From an uncultured Nitrososphaerota archaeon (lineage in GTDB: Archaea; Thermoproteota; Nitrososphaeria; Nitrososphaerales; Nitrosopumilaceae), in NCBI GenBank assembly GCA_963701075.1, contig OY969559.1, positions 96,001 through 160,000 on the forward strand: 64,000 nucleotides of DNA. Reading direction: 5' to 3'. A program made the position numbers and the translations under genes. The notes below the pieces were generated by a model. It ran no database searches. It had not been told where the DNA came from and saw only the letters and a list, made by a program, of their open reading frames with translations. Position 1 is the stretch's first letter, and every line of letters starts with the position of its first letter. Shown here in pieces: positions 30,213 through 40,874 of this stretch.

Positions 30213-30697
30213 ATTCTTCCACCCAGTTTTACGCTGCCCAGTCCTCGATTAGATACTATTCCATAAAAAATAAGAAGCGTTGCTATACTTGCTGCAAGTA
30301 CAATCCCAGATGCTGGAAACTCTGGCACAGGAGTTGTTTTTTCTGTACTTTGAGTGATAACAAACCCGTCAATTCTTGCACTAGCTGTTATGTTCAGGTT
30401 ACCTGGAGCGGCAGTAAGCGGCACCTTGAACTGAAGATTAAAGTTTCCATTCTGATCTGCCTGTACAGTTCTAATCAAAAGCAGATTTCCCTTTGCATCC
30501 TTTACTTGGATGGCAACAAGTTGGCCTGGAGTTACGTCATTGACAAAACCCGTGAGGTTCACTGTATCCCCTGGACCATACATGCTCTTGGATGTGTTAA
30601 TAGTAATTGATTCATTGCCCAGCTGTGCATAAGAGCTTGGCATAGCAAGCGCTACCAGAGACAAGGCAACTATTGCAAGTAGTGATGAGATTTTCAA
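30209..30697 (-). CDS. secreted Ig-like protein with PEF-CTERM-type anchor
   Basis: Signal peptide, Y.PGDTV.L.G, C-terminal VPEFP followed by a TM helix and basic tail. Confidence 0.8.
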   Translation of the reverse strand: MKISSLLAIVALSLVALAMPSSYAQLGNESITINTSKSMYGPGDTVNLTGFVNDVTPGQLVAIQVKDAKGNLLLIRTVQADQNGNFNLQFKVPLTAAPGNLNITASARIDGFVITQSTEKTTPVPEFPASGIVLAASIATLLIFYGIVSNRGLGSVKLGGRI

Positions 30698-30707
30698 TTT
30701 GCCATAC

Positions 30708-33700
30708 CTACAAGAGTCCTACAAAATATGATAATTCATGTGATTCGGATGTGCCTCCTTTATTTGGCCAGGCAGTTAGTACGTTAGCGTATATGCTGGC
30801 AAGGCCTGTAGAGGCCTGGGTGGGCACGTAATATGGAATTACTACCTCTGAAGTACCTGGGTTTATCGTGTATTGTGCTGAGCCTGTCCCCAATGTATCA
30901 AGGTTTGAATCAAAGAGGTCTATAGTTACAAGAGTTGGAATAGTATAGCTTGATGAAATATTTACCCGGACATAGCCGTTCTGGCCTCGGGTAAATGTTG
31001 ATACTGGGTTTCCATTTTGGTCAGTTGGTTGGACTGATGTTATCTGGATACCACTTGAATTGGTAGAGTTGTTCTCCAAGTTTGCAATGCATGGGTTTGT
31101 CCCATCAACAACTGTCAGATCTCCATTGCTGTCAAAACATGACTGTACATTGCTGTTTGCAAGACCATACTCGACGTTGAGATTGTCGTTTATTTGTACG
31201 ACTTGTTCTCGGTTTACTGCTGCATAGCTGTCAAATGTTTGCATTGCTTGGTCCAAACTTCCGCCGTTAGCAAGTACGTTTTGCATGGCAGCATTTGCAG
31301 CAGCTACTCTTTGTTGCATGAAATTAAACTCTCCCTCAAAGACTCCCTGTGTAGCGTTATTTGGTATCGTAGAGAGGAAGGAAGAATAAGCCGCACTAGG
31401 AGTGGTAGAAGCAGTAGATTGTTGAAGTGCTGTCAGGTCTTGCTTGAGCTGGCTTGCAGCAACTACTCTTTGTTGTTGTACCAGTTCATTGTTAACTGTT
31501 GCAGCTGTTTCATTTCCAAGTATATTTGCCACTTGTTGCTTTGAGGCCTGAATCTCTTGCAAGATCTTTTGTGCCATAGGATCATTTTGTAGAGACGGAC
31601 CAACAAGAGTTGTAAACTGGGTGACGTTTCCAGAATTAGTTAGATTAGATACAGCGCCAGTAGAGTTGAGTGCAGCAAGATTGAGGTTTACTAGTGCAAT
31701 TGATTGGGCACCAGCGTTTCCAGCAGTACCATTTTGATATGCAAGTGCCAAAAGTTGTGCTTGGGTAGGACTCATAAACGTCATGGTATCGTTTTGTATG
31801 GCAACACCCAACATAACCTGTGCTTGAGCATTAGTCATCTTGGCTGATGCAGCAGATACCAGAGTTGTTCCAGTCAGGTTTTGTGGATGTACTGTACAAG
31901 TTTGTGGAGAAGTTGGCTGATATGATACTGGAATGGTAGCAGGATTCTCTAGACTAGCCGAGAGACATGATTCTGTAGTAAGAGGTGTTCCTCCATTGCT
32001 TGGCCAGTCAGAATATGCATCAGTGAATACATCTGCCGTTCCCACTTGTGCATTAGAAGGTATGAAAAATGAGAACGTCATATTAGAGTCTCCTGGAGTT
32101 ACAGTGGACTTGATGGATGCCGTGCCGATACTACTCTGGTTGGTGTCAAAGAGATTCAGAGTAAAAAGTACAGGCATTGTTTCGCCAGAAGAGACTGAGA
32201 CCTGTACAAAGTTATTCTGGTTTTCCTTTAGCATTGATACTGGATTGCCCTGTTGGTCAGTTAGCTGTACTGAATCTATTGATATTCCATGTGTTTTGAT
32301 TACATTAAATGTTGTAGAGTTGGTATAGTTTTGTCCATCAACTAGTGCTGTTGCAATGTCTCGATAAACTCCTGTCTGAAAGTTGGATGGAATCTTGAAT
32401 TGTATCTCGCCTGTACCGTTCTCGTCTGTAGTTATTGTTCTTGATACAATGTCATTTCCTGTAGGATCTGAAACTACAATTGCAATATTTTGAAGGCTTA
32501 GGCCAGGCAATGCTACCTGTAGTGTTACAACATCACCATAGGCATAGTACTCTTGGTCGTTAGTTAGCAAGAGCGCTGGAGGCAAGATTGGGGCACCAGT
32601 ATAGACTGTTGGAGAAGATACTATACTTGAGTTACTTGTAGTACTTGAATTTGTTATGCCTGAGATCGCAATACTTGGTGACTCTTCTGATTCATTGCTA
32701 GCCGAGGTTTCTGTGCTAGTTGTTGTGGGAGCAACTATTGTTATCGAGTCAGAACCCAAATCACCGCCACCAGATGACTCTTCTATCGGTGCAGGAGTGG
32801 ATGATTCTGAGATTACCTGTGAAGTGGATTGGTTACCAGCGACTGAAGTTACATTAGTAGAGTTTGATGAAGTAAGAGATGTGCTATTGTTTGTTTGAGT
32901 TGTGCTTGTAGTTCCTGCACTAGATGAGGTTTGATTGCTTGGAGTTGATTGTGTTGTGCTTGTTGTGGAAGACTGGGTTGAATTTGAATTACTGGTAGAA
33001 TTAGTATTAGATAACGTTTTAGAGGAAGTAGAGTTTGTGCCAGATACCACAGTATTTGAGGTTCCAGTACTGTTGCTCGATGTTTGATGTGATGTACTGT
33101 TAGAAGTTGATTGGGTGGTTGGTGTACTGCTAGTTGATTGAGTAGTTGGTGTGTTTGATGTACTGTTAGAAGTTGATTGGGTGGTTGGTGTACTGCTAGT
33201 TGATTGAGTAGTTGGTGTGTTTGATGTACTGTTAGAAGTTGATTGGGTGGTTGGTGTACTGCTAGTTGATTGAGTAGTTGGTGTGTTTGATGTACTGTTA
33301 GAAGTTGATTGGGTGGTTGGTGTACTGCTAGTTGATTGAGTAGTTGGTGTGTTTGATGTACTGTTAGAAGTTGATTGGGTGGTTGGTGTACTGCTAGTTG
33401 ATTGAGTAGTTGGTGTGTTTGATGTACTGTTAGAAGTTGATTGGGTGGTTGGTGTACTGCTAGTTGATTGAGTAGTTGGTGTGTTTGATGTACTGTTAGA
33501 AGTTGATTGGGTGGTTGGTGTACTGCTAGTTGATTGAGTAGTTGGTGTGTTTGATGTACTGTTAGAAGTTGATTGGGTGGTTGGTGTACTGCTAGTTGAT
33601 TGAGTAGTTGGTGTGTTTGATGTACTGCTAGAAGTTGATTGGGTGGTTGGTGTACTGCTAGTTGATTGAGTAGTTGGTGTGTTTGATGTACTGTTAGAAG

Positions 33701-34545
33701 TTGGTGTAGTGGATGTACTGCTAGAAGTTGGTGTAGTGGATGTACTGCTAGAAGTTGGTGTAGTGGATGTACTGCTAGAAGTTGGTGTAGTGGATGTACT
33801 GCTAGAAGTTGGTGTAGTGGATGTACTGCTAGAAGTTGGTGTAGTGGATGTACTGCTAGAAGTTGGTGTAGTGGATGTACTGCTAGAAGTTGGTGTAGTG
33901 GATGTACTGCTAGAAGTTGGTGTAGTGGATGTACTGCTAGAAGTTGGTGTAGTGGATGTACTGCTAGAAGTTGATTGGGTGGTTGGTGTACTGCTAGTTG
34001 ATTGAGTAGTTGGTGTGTTTGATGTACTGTTAGAAGTTGATTGGGTGGTTGGTGTACTGCTAGTTGATTGAGTAGTTGGTGTGTTTGATGTACTGTTAGA
34101 AGTTGATTGGGTGGTTGGTGTACTGCTAGTTGATTGAGTAGTTGGTGTGTTTGATGTACTGTTAGAAGTTGATTGGGTGGTTGGTGTACTGCTAGTTGAT
34201 TGAGTAGTTGGTGTGTTTGATGTACTGTTAGAAGTTGATTGGGTGGTTGGTGTACTGCTAGTTGATTGAGTAGTTGGTGTGTTTGATGTACTGTTAGAAG
34301 TTGATTGGGTGGTTGGTGTACTGCTAGTTGATTGAGTAGTTGGTGTGTTTGATGTACTGTTAGAAGTTGGTGTAGTGGATGTACTGCTAGAAGTTGATTG
34401 GGTAGATGATGCGTTGTTAGAATAGTCAATAAATGTCAAAGTAGAAAATGCATGTTGCGGCATGAAAAAAACAGCAGAAATAGAAATCAGCTACAAATAC
34501 CATTAGCACAAATTTTCCTGCAGAGTGTGATCTTTTATGATTCAA
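30708..34545 (-). CDS. large secreted Ser/Thr-rich (mucin-like) protein with Ig-like domains; apparent +1 frameshift at ~34488 in the signal peptide
   Basis: 1251-aa ORF lacks a signal peptide; removing one base gives MNHKRSHSAGKFVLMVFVAISISAVFFMPQHAFS from TTG 34545. Confidence 0.8.
33091..34403. repeat. coding tandem repeat: 9x66 bp + 10x27 bp + 6x66 bp + 1x27 bp + partial unit
   Basis: 66-bp unit encodes SNSTSNTPTTQSTSSTPTTQST; 27-bp unit gatgtactgctagaagttggtgtagtg encodes SSSTSTTPT; copies nearly identical. Confidence 0.95.
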
Positions 34546-34739
34546 AGTTGTCGAGTGTTCTCTACCAAGAATAAACCAATTAAAATGTCTAACGCTCAAA
34601 CGCCCTATGTACTCTTGTAGAGTAATGCCCATAATCTCCAAACTCCATGATGTTCTATCTCTAAATAATTTATAATGGATTGCGACACCTTGTTAAGGAA
34701 CAATGTTATCGATTGTATAAAGATTGGGTATCAATGATA

Positions 34740-34813
34740 TGGGTCCACAGGGATTTGAACCCTGGATCTTCGCCGTGTAAGGGCGACGTCATAACCAACT
34801 GGACTATGAACCC
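34740..34813 (-). tRNA. tRNA-Val(TAC)
   Basis: Minus strand GGGTTCA/TGGACCC acceptor stem, tcgcc-CTTACAC-ggcga anticodon arm, GTTCAAATC T-loop. Confidence 0.95.
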
Positions 34814-34899
34814 AAGCAAGCTCCAATTTAAAATGCATTTAAACTTTGAGAATTACATGAAGGAAAAATGGAAATTGTTCATTGGGTAAAATCTACAAT

Positions 34900-35916
34900 A
34901 TGACAGACTTGGTTTTCTTTACAAGCCCCATAGGATTGGGACACGCTACAAGAGATGTTGCGATTTTGCAGTACTTGGACAATATTCCAAAAAAATTCAT
35001 AAGCGGTGCAGGCGCATACAAGTTACTTTCTGGATACGGATTTGATGCAGACAATCTTTACAGACCTCCACCATTTAGAATTGAAAACGGCAAGCTTCAC
35101 AGCCCCCTTAGGTGGCTTTTTGATTACGTCGCATACTACAAAGAGTGCAAGAAAATCTCGATAAAAGTAATAGAAGATGAGATGCCTCGTCTGGTAGTAA
35201 GCGACGAGGATTTTGCATCACTTGCGATAGCACAGAAACAAAAGATCAAGACAGTCCTTGTCACTGATATTTTGGAGTCAAAATTTACAAAAGGGATTGG
35301 TTCCATCATAGAAAAAAAGATGAACAAAGCCATGAAAAGCATCATAGAAAAATGTGATCTTGTTATCATACCAGAGAATGGTCAAGACAACAATAACATG
35401 GTAAGAGTTGGACCAATAGTTAGGGATACTGCCGAGTCTCGTGAACAGCTGCGAAAAAAATATTCTTTTGACAGGAAAACAATCGTTGTAAGTATAGGTG
35501 GAACCAACCTTGGAGAATTTTTAATTGAAAGGACTGTAGAGGCGTTCAAAAAGATCAACCTTGATGCAGAACTTGTAATAGTATCTGGACCTGCTCTCCA
35601 GATGAAGCAATTGCCATATAGAAATTTGGGGTTTGTCAACAATCTGCATGAAATAATATTTGCATCAGACTTGGTAATATCTCTGGCAGGAAAATCCACC
35701 ATAGACGAATCAAAACATTACGGCACACCTGGAATATTTATCCCGATAAAGGGGCATTTTGAACAGGAAGAAAATGCAAGAGAGGTTGGATATTCTTATG
35801 AAGATATTTTCAGATTGGAAACTTTGATTCTAGAAAAGATAGATGGGAGAAGAAGCCCCCAGTATTTTCAGGGCAGTAAAAAAGCTGCAGAATTGATAAG
35901 AAAATTTTTGTACTAG
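34900..35916 (+). CDS. GT-B glycosyltransferase (MurG/GT28-like)
   Basis: PIGLGHATRD, SIGGT, DLVISLAGKSTI.E, HFEQEENA. Confidence 0.85.
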   Translation: MTDLVFFTSPIGLGHATRDVAILQYLDNIPKKFISGAGAYKLLSGYGFDADNLYRPPPFRIENGKLHSPLRWLFDYVAYYKECKKISIKVIEDEMPRLVVSDEDFASLAIAQKQKIKTVLVTDILESKFTKGIGSIIEKKMNKAMKSIIEKCDLVIIPENGQDNNNMVRVGPIVRDTAESREQLRKKYSFDRKTIVVSIGGTNLGEFLIERTVEAFKKINLDAELVIVSGPALQMKQLPYRNLGFVNNLHEIIFASDLVISLAGKSTIDESKHYGTPGIFIPIKGHFEQEENAREVGYSYEDIFRLETLILEKIDGRRSPQYFQGSKKAAELIRKFLY

Positions 35917-36196
35917 TTATTTTTTTAAAAGTTGATGCAGCCTGTTATTTCCTTGCAAAGCTCTTCATTGTGAACTAGCCCCATTTCATGCAGATAGAGT
36001 ATGATTTGTGTTCTTGTCTTCGAAGAGTTCTCCTTGTTCAAGTCTCATAACAAACACCCAAGTTATGGAAACAATTGTCCAGTTTTTCCTTTTAAGGCAT
36101 GTGCACAAATGATTCTTGATTTGTCACTAGATGATATCATGCGTTAGTGCCATTCACTCAAACTTTATAGAAGGTACAGACAGATGTAATCAAGTT

Positions 36197-37612
36197 TTGC
36201 AGAATCTCATCGTAGCAAAGTTTGGAGGAAGTGCAGTAGGAATTGACGGTATACTAATACCTACAATAATTAAAAGAATTAATGAATTAAAAAAAGATTC
36301 CAAAGTGATTGCAGTTTTTTCGGCTCCCCTTACAACATATGACGGCAAACAAAGATCATTGACAGACATTGCGCTTGAGCTTGGCAGAAGGGCAGAAAAT
36401 GGTCAAAGTGTAGATGTCGAAGGGCTGCGCAAGCCATATCTTAAGATCCTCTCCCTTATAGACAAGAAACTTCAAGAAGAATGCAAAAAGACAATTGAGT
36501 CGTTCTTGGAGAGAGCGCTGAGCTCCCTCAGAGAGGCACTACAAAAAAAGGAATTTGCAAATGAGATCCGGGCAAGAGTTCTTGCATATTCTGGTGAGAT
36601 ACTAATGTCTAATGTCATGAGCTATGTTCTAAAAAGTGCCGGCATAAAATCAGATGTTGTAAGTTTTGACATGTGGCCCATTGTAACTGATGAAAATATC
36701 GAGTCTGCCAATTTTCTTGCTACGCAGTCATCTGAGAATTTAGATGGAATTGAATCTCTGCTTGAGAAAAACGATGTAATATCAATGGGAGGATTCATTG
36801 GAAAGACCACTAAGGGGCTTGAGACTACCTACGAGCGGGGTGGCTCTGACAGGACTGCTGCCGATCTTGGAATTTTGTTTAGCAAAAAGTACAATACCAA
36901 GATTGATTTTGAAAAAGACAGCGCCGTATTATCTGCAGACCCCCGTGTTGTAAAGGAAGAACTGGAATACATAACCCATCTCTCATACAACGAGGCACGA
37001 ATTGCAGGCATGTTTGGGATGAAGATTCTAGACCCCATTGCAATAAAGGAGATAGTCGAAAATGGAGTAGACATGCCAATCATAATAACTGACATGGGCA
37101 ATCCTGGCAAAATTACAATAATAGAAAGAAATCCAGGTGACGAAAATGGTCATCCGCTAAAAATAGTCACAGGAAAGAAAAACTGTGCCATCCTTAGAAT
37201 GGAAAGCAAGTCATCCCAAGATCTTTTTGATTCACTTGAAAAAGACAAAAGATACAGCGAATTTGTGGTACTATCCCCATTTACAAAAGATGACATAGAG
37301 TTTACAAGAATTCTCTTCCTAGATGGGGACTATGTAAAACGCAATGAAAGATATGTTTTGGCCTTTGATCCGTTGGCCTCAATCACCTACAACAGGGGAG
37401 TCATCACATTGATTGGCGATGAGATGTGGCGCGTGCAACAAATTGCGTCAAAGGCAAGCTCAAGAATTGGTGAAGCTGGTCTTAACATTCTCAACATGGA
37501 CGCACAAGAAGAGACATCACGTATAATCATAGTTACAGAAGACAGTGGTGACAACATAGAGCGGGCAATTTGCGCCGTTCACGCGGAAAGATCGAAAATA
37601 AAATTTGTGTGA
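36197..37612 (+). CDS. aspartate kinase
   Basis: VAKFGGSAV, AYSGE, ERGGSD.TA, SADPRVV, LSY.EA; C-terminal ACT-like domain; TTG 36197 preferred as start. Confidence 0.9.
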   Translation: MQNLIVAKFGGSAVGIDGILIPTIIKRINELKKDSKVIAVFSAPLTTYDGKQRSLTDIALELGRRAENGQSVDVEGLRKPYLKILSLIDKKLQEECKKTIESFLERALSSLREALQKKEFANEIRARVLAYSGEILMSNVMSYVLKSAGIKSDVVSFDMWPIVTDENIESANFLATQSSENLDGIESLLEKNDVISMGGFIGKTTKGLETTYERGGSDRTAADLGILFSKKYNTKIDFEKDSAVLSADPRVVKEELEYITHLSYNEARIAGMFGMKILDPIAIKEIVENGVDMPIIITDMGNPGKITIIERNPGDENGHPLKIVTGKKNCAILRMESKSSQDLFDSLEKDKRYSEFVVLSPFTKDDIEFTRILFLDGDYVKRNERYVLAFDPLASITYNRGVITLIGDEMWRVQQIASKASSRIGEAGLNILNMDAQEETSRIIIVTEDSGDNIERAICAVHAERSKIKFV

Positions 37613-37641
37613 TGGTACTGGAATTGATAATCAGAAAATTT

Positions 37642-37716
37642 CTACTTTTTTCTTTTTCTACGTGCAGCCCTTTGGTCTGCCTTTCGCATATGCTTGCCTT
37701 TTTTTCGTGCTACCAT
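37642..37716 (-). CDS. 24-aa very basic peptide (eL41-like composition), not in ORF track
   Basis: MVARKKGKHMRKADQRAARRKRKK*; TATA-like GATATATC about 25 nt upstream of ATG. Confidence 0.55.
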   Translation of the reverse strand: MVARKKGKHMRKADQRAARRKRKK

Positions 37717-37782
37717 ATGATGCCTGTAATGTATGGTACCGATATATCTTGTGTCATTTTGAATAAAATCAAAAATTCAGAA

Positions 37783-37889
37783 AACATTCGACCTCTACAA
37801 GGCCTTTACCTGTAGAAGTCAAAGTGGGTTTGTTCTTGGGCCTTTTATCTAGAATCAGCCCGGCGTTACCCAAAACACGCGCTAATGTT
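37783..37889. ncRNA. candidate structured RNA
   Basis: GC-richer intergenic block closed by aacatt/aatgtt, containing hairpin gacttctaca/tgtagaggtc and two GGCCTTT copies. Confidence 0.35.
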
Positions 37890-37927
37890 AGTACGTAGAA
37901 GAAATATTTAGAGTTGATCTATATAGA

Positions 37928-38152
37928 TCAAGTATAGGCATTGCCTATAGCCATCAATACAAGAGCCGCCCCGATGAATGCATACCACTTGAAGTTCCTC
38001 TTGTTCAGGAACATGTTCTTTGGGGCCATATCTTCGTCTCGTACGGTAGAAAGACGCGCCTTTCTCATCTCAAATCCGTTTCCAGCAAGGCCTATGATTA
38101 GCAAGGCGGCAGCGGCAAATGAGATGATATAGCTCACACGGTAAGAGATCAT
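37928..38152 (-). CDS. small two-helix membrane protein
   Basis: Two hydrophobic segments around a GNGFEMRK loop. Confidence 0.7.
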   Translation of the reverse strand: MISYRVSYIISFAAAALLIIGLAGNGFEMRKARLSTVRDEDMAPKNMFLNKRNFKWYAFIGAALVLMAIGNAYT

Positions 38153-38244
38153 AGTACTACATTTAAACAAAGCCAAGCATCTTTGCAGACCTCACTTGTG
38201 AAATCTCGATGAATTCTTAAATTACCAAAACTTTACCCAATCAT

Positions 38245-39159
38245 ATGAAAGAGCAGGGCAAGATATGGATGAACGGCAAACTTGTTCCGTTCAGAAACGC
38301 AAAGGTCCACGTTCTTACCCATGCACTACATTATTCCACTGCAGTCTTTGAGGGAATTAGGTGTTACAAGACAACAAAGGGTCCTGCAATTTTCAGGTTA
38401 CAAGAACATGTTGACAGGCTCTTCAAGTCTGCAAAGATCTATTCCATGAAAGTTCCCTACTCAAAAAAAGTGATCTCAGATGGCATAATCAAGACTGTAC
38501 TGGCAAGCGGATTAAAAGAGTGCTACATCAGACCCATTGCATACTATAGCTATGGAGTTCTTGGCCTTACACCAACGCCCAACAAGATAGATGTGGCAAT
38601 AGCATGCTGGGAGTGGAATACTGGCGAGTCAAGTGCTGGAAAAACTCACGGTGCAAGATGTAAAGTTTCAAGCTGGCTTAGAATTGATTCTAGGTCACAG
38701 CCAATGCAGGCAAAGGCAGCATCAAACTATGCAAATGCTGCGCTTGCAAGAGTAGAGGCCCTAAAAGACGGATATGATGAGGCAATAATGCTAAATTATC
38801 AGGGTAAGGTTTCAGAAGGAAGTGCTGAAAATATTTTCACAGTAAACAAGGGCGAGATAGCTACCCCGCCATTAAATGCCGGAATATTGGATGGAATAAC
38901 AAGAGACAGCGTAATCAAGATAGCAAGATCCGAGGGAATCAATATCATTGAAAGAGAGATTTCCAGGGACGAGCTATATACGGCAGATGAAGTTTTCATG
39001 ACAGGCACTGCTGCAGAAGTCAAATCTGTTACAGAGATTGACAATGTTGCTGTAGGAGACGGCAAAGTAGGCGAGATTACGTGCAAGCTGCAGGATGCAT
39101 TCCATGAGGCATCAAGAGGTAAGGACGAGCGGTTCATAGACTGGCTCACTCCAATCTGA
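38245..39159 (+). CDS. ilvE: branched-chain amino acid aminotransferase
   Basis: HALHYSTAVFEGIR, YIRP, AKAASNY, EGSAENIF, LDGITR, GTAAEV. Confidence 0.96.
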   Translation: MKEQGKIWMNGKLVPFRNAKVHVLTHALHYSTAVFEGIRCYKTTKGPAIFRLQEHVDRLFKSAKIYSMKVPYSKKVISDGIIKTVLASGLKECYIRPIAYYSYGVLGLTPTPNKIDVAIACWEWNTGESSAGKTHGARCKVSSWLRIDSRSQPMQAKAASNYANAALARVEALKDGYDEAIMLNYQGKVSEGSAENIFTVNKGEIATPPLNAGILDGITRDSVIKIARSEGINIIEREISRDELYTADEVFMTGTAAEVKSVTEIDNVAVGDGKVGEITCKLQDAFHEASRGKDERFIDWLTPI

Positions 39160-39202
39160 TACCGTGAAAGGTTCAATTACACCTGTACAAGATTATTATT
39201 TT

Positions 39203-39376
39203 ATGGTTCTCTCAATGGTAGACCAACACAAGCCCAAATGCTATATTTGTAGCAATGTGTTTGAAAATTTAGAAGAGCTTCGAGTGCACCAAGAGGTTGA
39301 CCACAAGGAATTTGTAGAGTTTCACAAGGACGTAAATGACCATTCTCCTGCGCCAGGAGATGTCACAGTATTTTAG
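39203..39376 (+). CDS. small C2H2-type zinc-finger protein
   Basis: CYIC-x12-HQEVDH. Confidence 0.75.
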   Translation: MVLSMVDQHKPKCYICSNVFENLEELRVHQEVDHKEFVEFHKDVNDHSPAPGDVTVF

Positions 39377-39385
39377 GAAAATTGT

Positions 39386-39538
39386 ATGGACCCTGATAAT
39401 TCTGTACACATTTGTTGGTTTTGCAAAAAAGGCCGCCATGACGAATGCATGGAAAAGATTCCGACAGACGCCAAATCAGAAGGGCCACATGACTGTACCT
39501 TTGATACAAAGCTCATAGATTGCCAGTGTTCACACTAG
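39386..39538 (+). CDS. 50-aa Cys/His-rich protein (not in ORF track)
   Basis: MDPDNSVHICWFCKKGRHDECMEKIPTDAKSEGPHDCTFDTKLIDCQCSH*, starts 9 nt after the preceding stop. Confidence 0.65.
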   Translation: MDPDNSVHICWFCKKGRHDECMEKIPTDAKSEGPHDCTFDTKLIDCQCSH

Positions 39539-39608
39539 ATTGTACCAAGAAATTAGTGCTTGATTTTATTTCCTGACAAAAGTTTTTGGCAAGGCACAAA
39601 AAAATATC

Positions 39609-40181
39609 CTAGACGTTTTTGGGTTTTCTTTTTTGCATTATCACTATGCCTGCCCCAGCGCCTGCTGCAGCAATAGCTATACCAACATAGATGAGTGTGT
39701 TGTCGTTAGTTGGGATTGGGTTTTGTACAGGCACAAAAACCTTGAACTCGCCAATAGCAATTGGGCTGTTTGGCCCATAAATCGAGGAAGGATAATTTGC
39801 ACGCAAAAATACTGGAAAGAGCCCGTCATTTGGGAATGCGTAACTTACAGAGAAGTTTCCATTTGGTACATTTATACTGCTGAAATTATAGTAGCCGCTT
39901 CCACCGGTAAAATTTACAACATTACCAACTGTAACTGAGGCAATAAAATTTTGCAGGGGCTTGCCAGTGGTTGCGTTTATAACATTGAATGTTAGGTTCG
40001 TGTAGTCATTAATGACTGGACTTGACGGGTAATAACTGAACTGCATTATTATTCCGTTTTGTTGTATCTGCTGAACTGGACTGCTTCCAAGCTGTGCATT
40101 TGCAGGCAAGACATGTAAAGTGGTTATCAATATAACAAGCAAAATTGGAACCGCATACAAGCAAAAAAATGGTTTCATCAA
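39609..40181 (-). CDS. secreted Ig-like protein with C-terminal TM anchor
   Basis: Signal peptide, beta-rich core, TM helix followed by KRKPK. Confidence 0.8.
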   Translation of the reverse strand: MMKPFFCLYAVPILLVILITTLHVLPANAQLGSSPVQQIQQNGIIMQFSYYPSSPVINDYTNLTFNVINATTGKPLQNFIASVTVGNVVNFTGGSGYYNFSSINVPNGNFSVSYAFPNDGLFPVFLRANYPSSIYGPNSPIAIGEFKVFVPVQNPIPTNDNTLIYVGIAIAAAGAGAGIVIMQKRKPKNV

Positions 40182-40334
40182 ACTGGTTTGGTAACTCTGG
40201 TACGTAAACCTTTAGGCTATACTTCCATATTGTCCAATAGAATGCTTTAACCCATTACAAATTTTTTATTTTTACAAAAAATAATTCCATTGGCAATATA
40301 GTTTTTATAAGAGCAAACTGCCCACACGTCTATC

Positions 40335-40874
40335 TTGAAGATTCTAGTCTTGGTGTTAGTAGTAATGATGACAGCTGTCATACTACAATACCAAATCAAA
40401 GCGTTCGGTGAAATATCTACTCTTACACCACCTGCAGATACAATTATGGTAAATGGAACAAGTTTCACAATTCCATATACCATTACAGGAGGAACTGTTA
40501 CTTTGATTCAAGCTGATACGGATGCAAAAACGATAGATGTGAATGTACAATCATCAAAGGGCGGCAACTTGACAATAACCTTGCCAACAACACTCATAGA
40601 CGCATATCAAAATGCGTCTCTTGAGCCAACATATATCCAGAATGTAAAAGATATATCTCATTTTGTGGTCATGGACAAAAATCACGGAGTTCATTATACA
40701 GAAGTTGATACCTCTGAAAATAGAACCCTGACCATTCCATTTCGCCTTGGAAATAGTACAGTTGAAATTAAAGGTACACAGATGATTCCAGAATTTGGAT
40801 CCTTGACATCTGTCATACTAGTAATCTCAGTCATTTCCGTAATTATAGCATCCAAGAATCACTTTAGATCATGA
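40335..40874 (+). CDS. PEFG-CTERM sorting domain protein
   Basis: IPYTITGG, LTITLP..LID, IKGTQMIPEFG followed by a TM helix. Confidence 0.9.
   Translation: MKILVLVLVVMMTAVILQYQIKAFGEISTLTPPADTIMVNGTSFTIPYTITGGTVTLIQADTDAKTIDVNVQSSKGGNLTITLPTTLIDAYQNASLEPTYIQNVKDISHFVVMDKNHGVHYTEVDTSENRTLTIPFRLGNSTVEIKGTQMIPEFGSLTSVILVISVISVIIASKNHFRS

Noticed and set aside
33091-34403. Possible CRISPR array or repeat-spacer locus
   Set aside because: Units are contiguous with no unique spacers, are multiples of 3, lie in frame within a protein, and no cas genes are nearby.
32849-34429. 526-aa and 108-aa ORFs in alternative frames (HQLLNQLAV..., VDVLLEVGV...)
   Set aside because: By-products of the stop-free tandem repeat; only the Ser/Thr frame continues into the rest of the protein.
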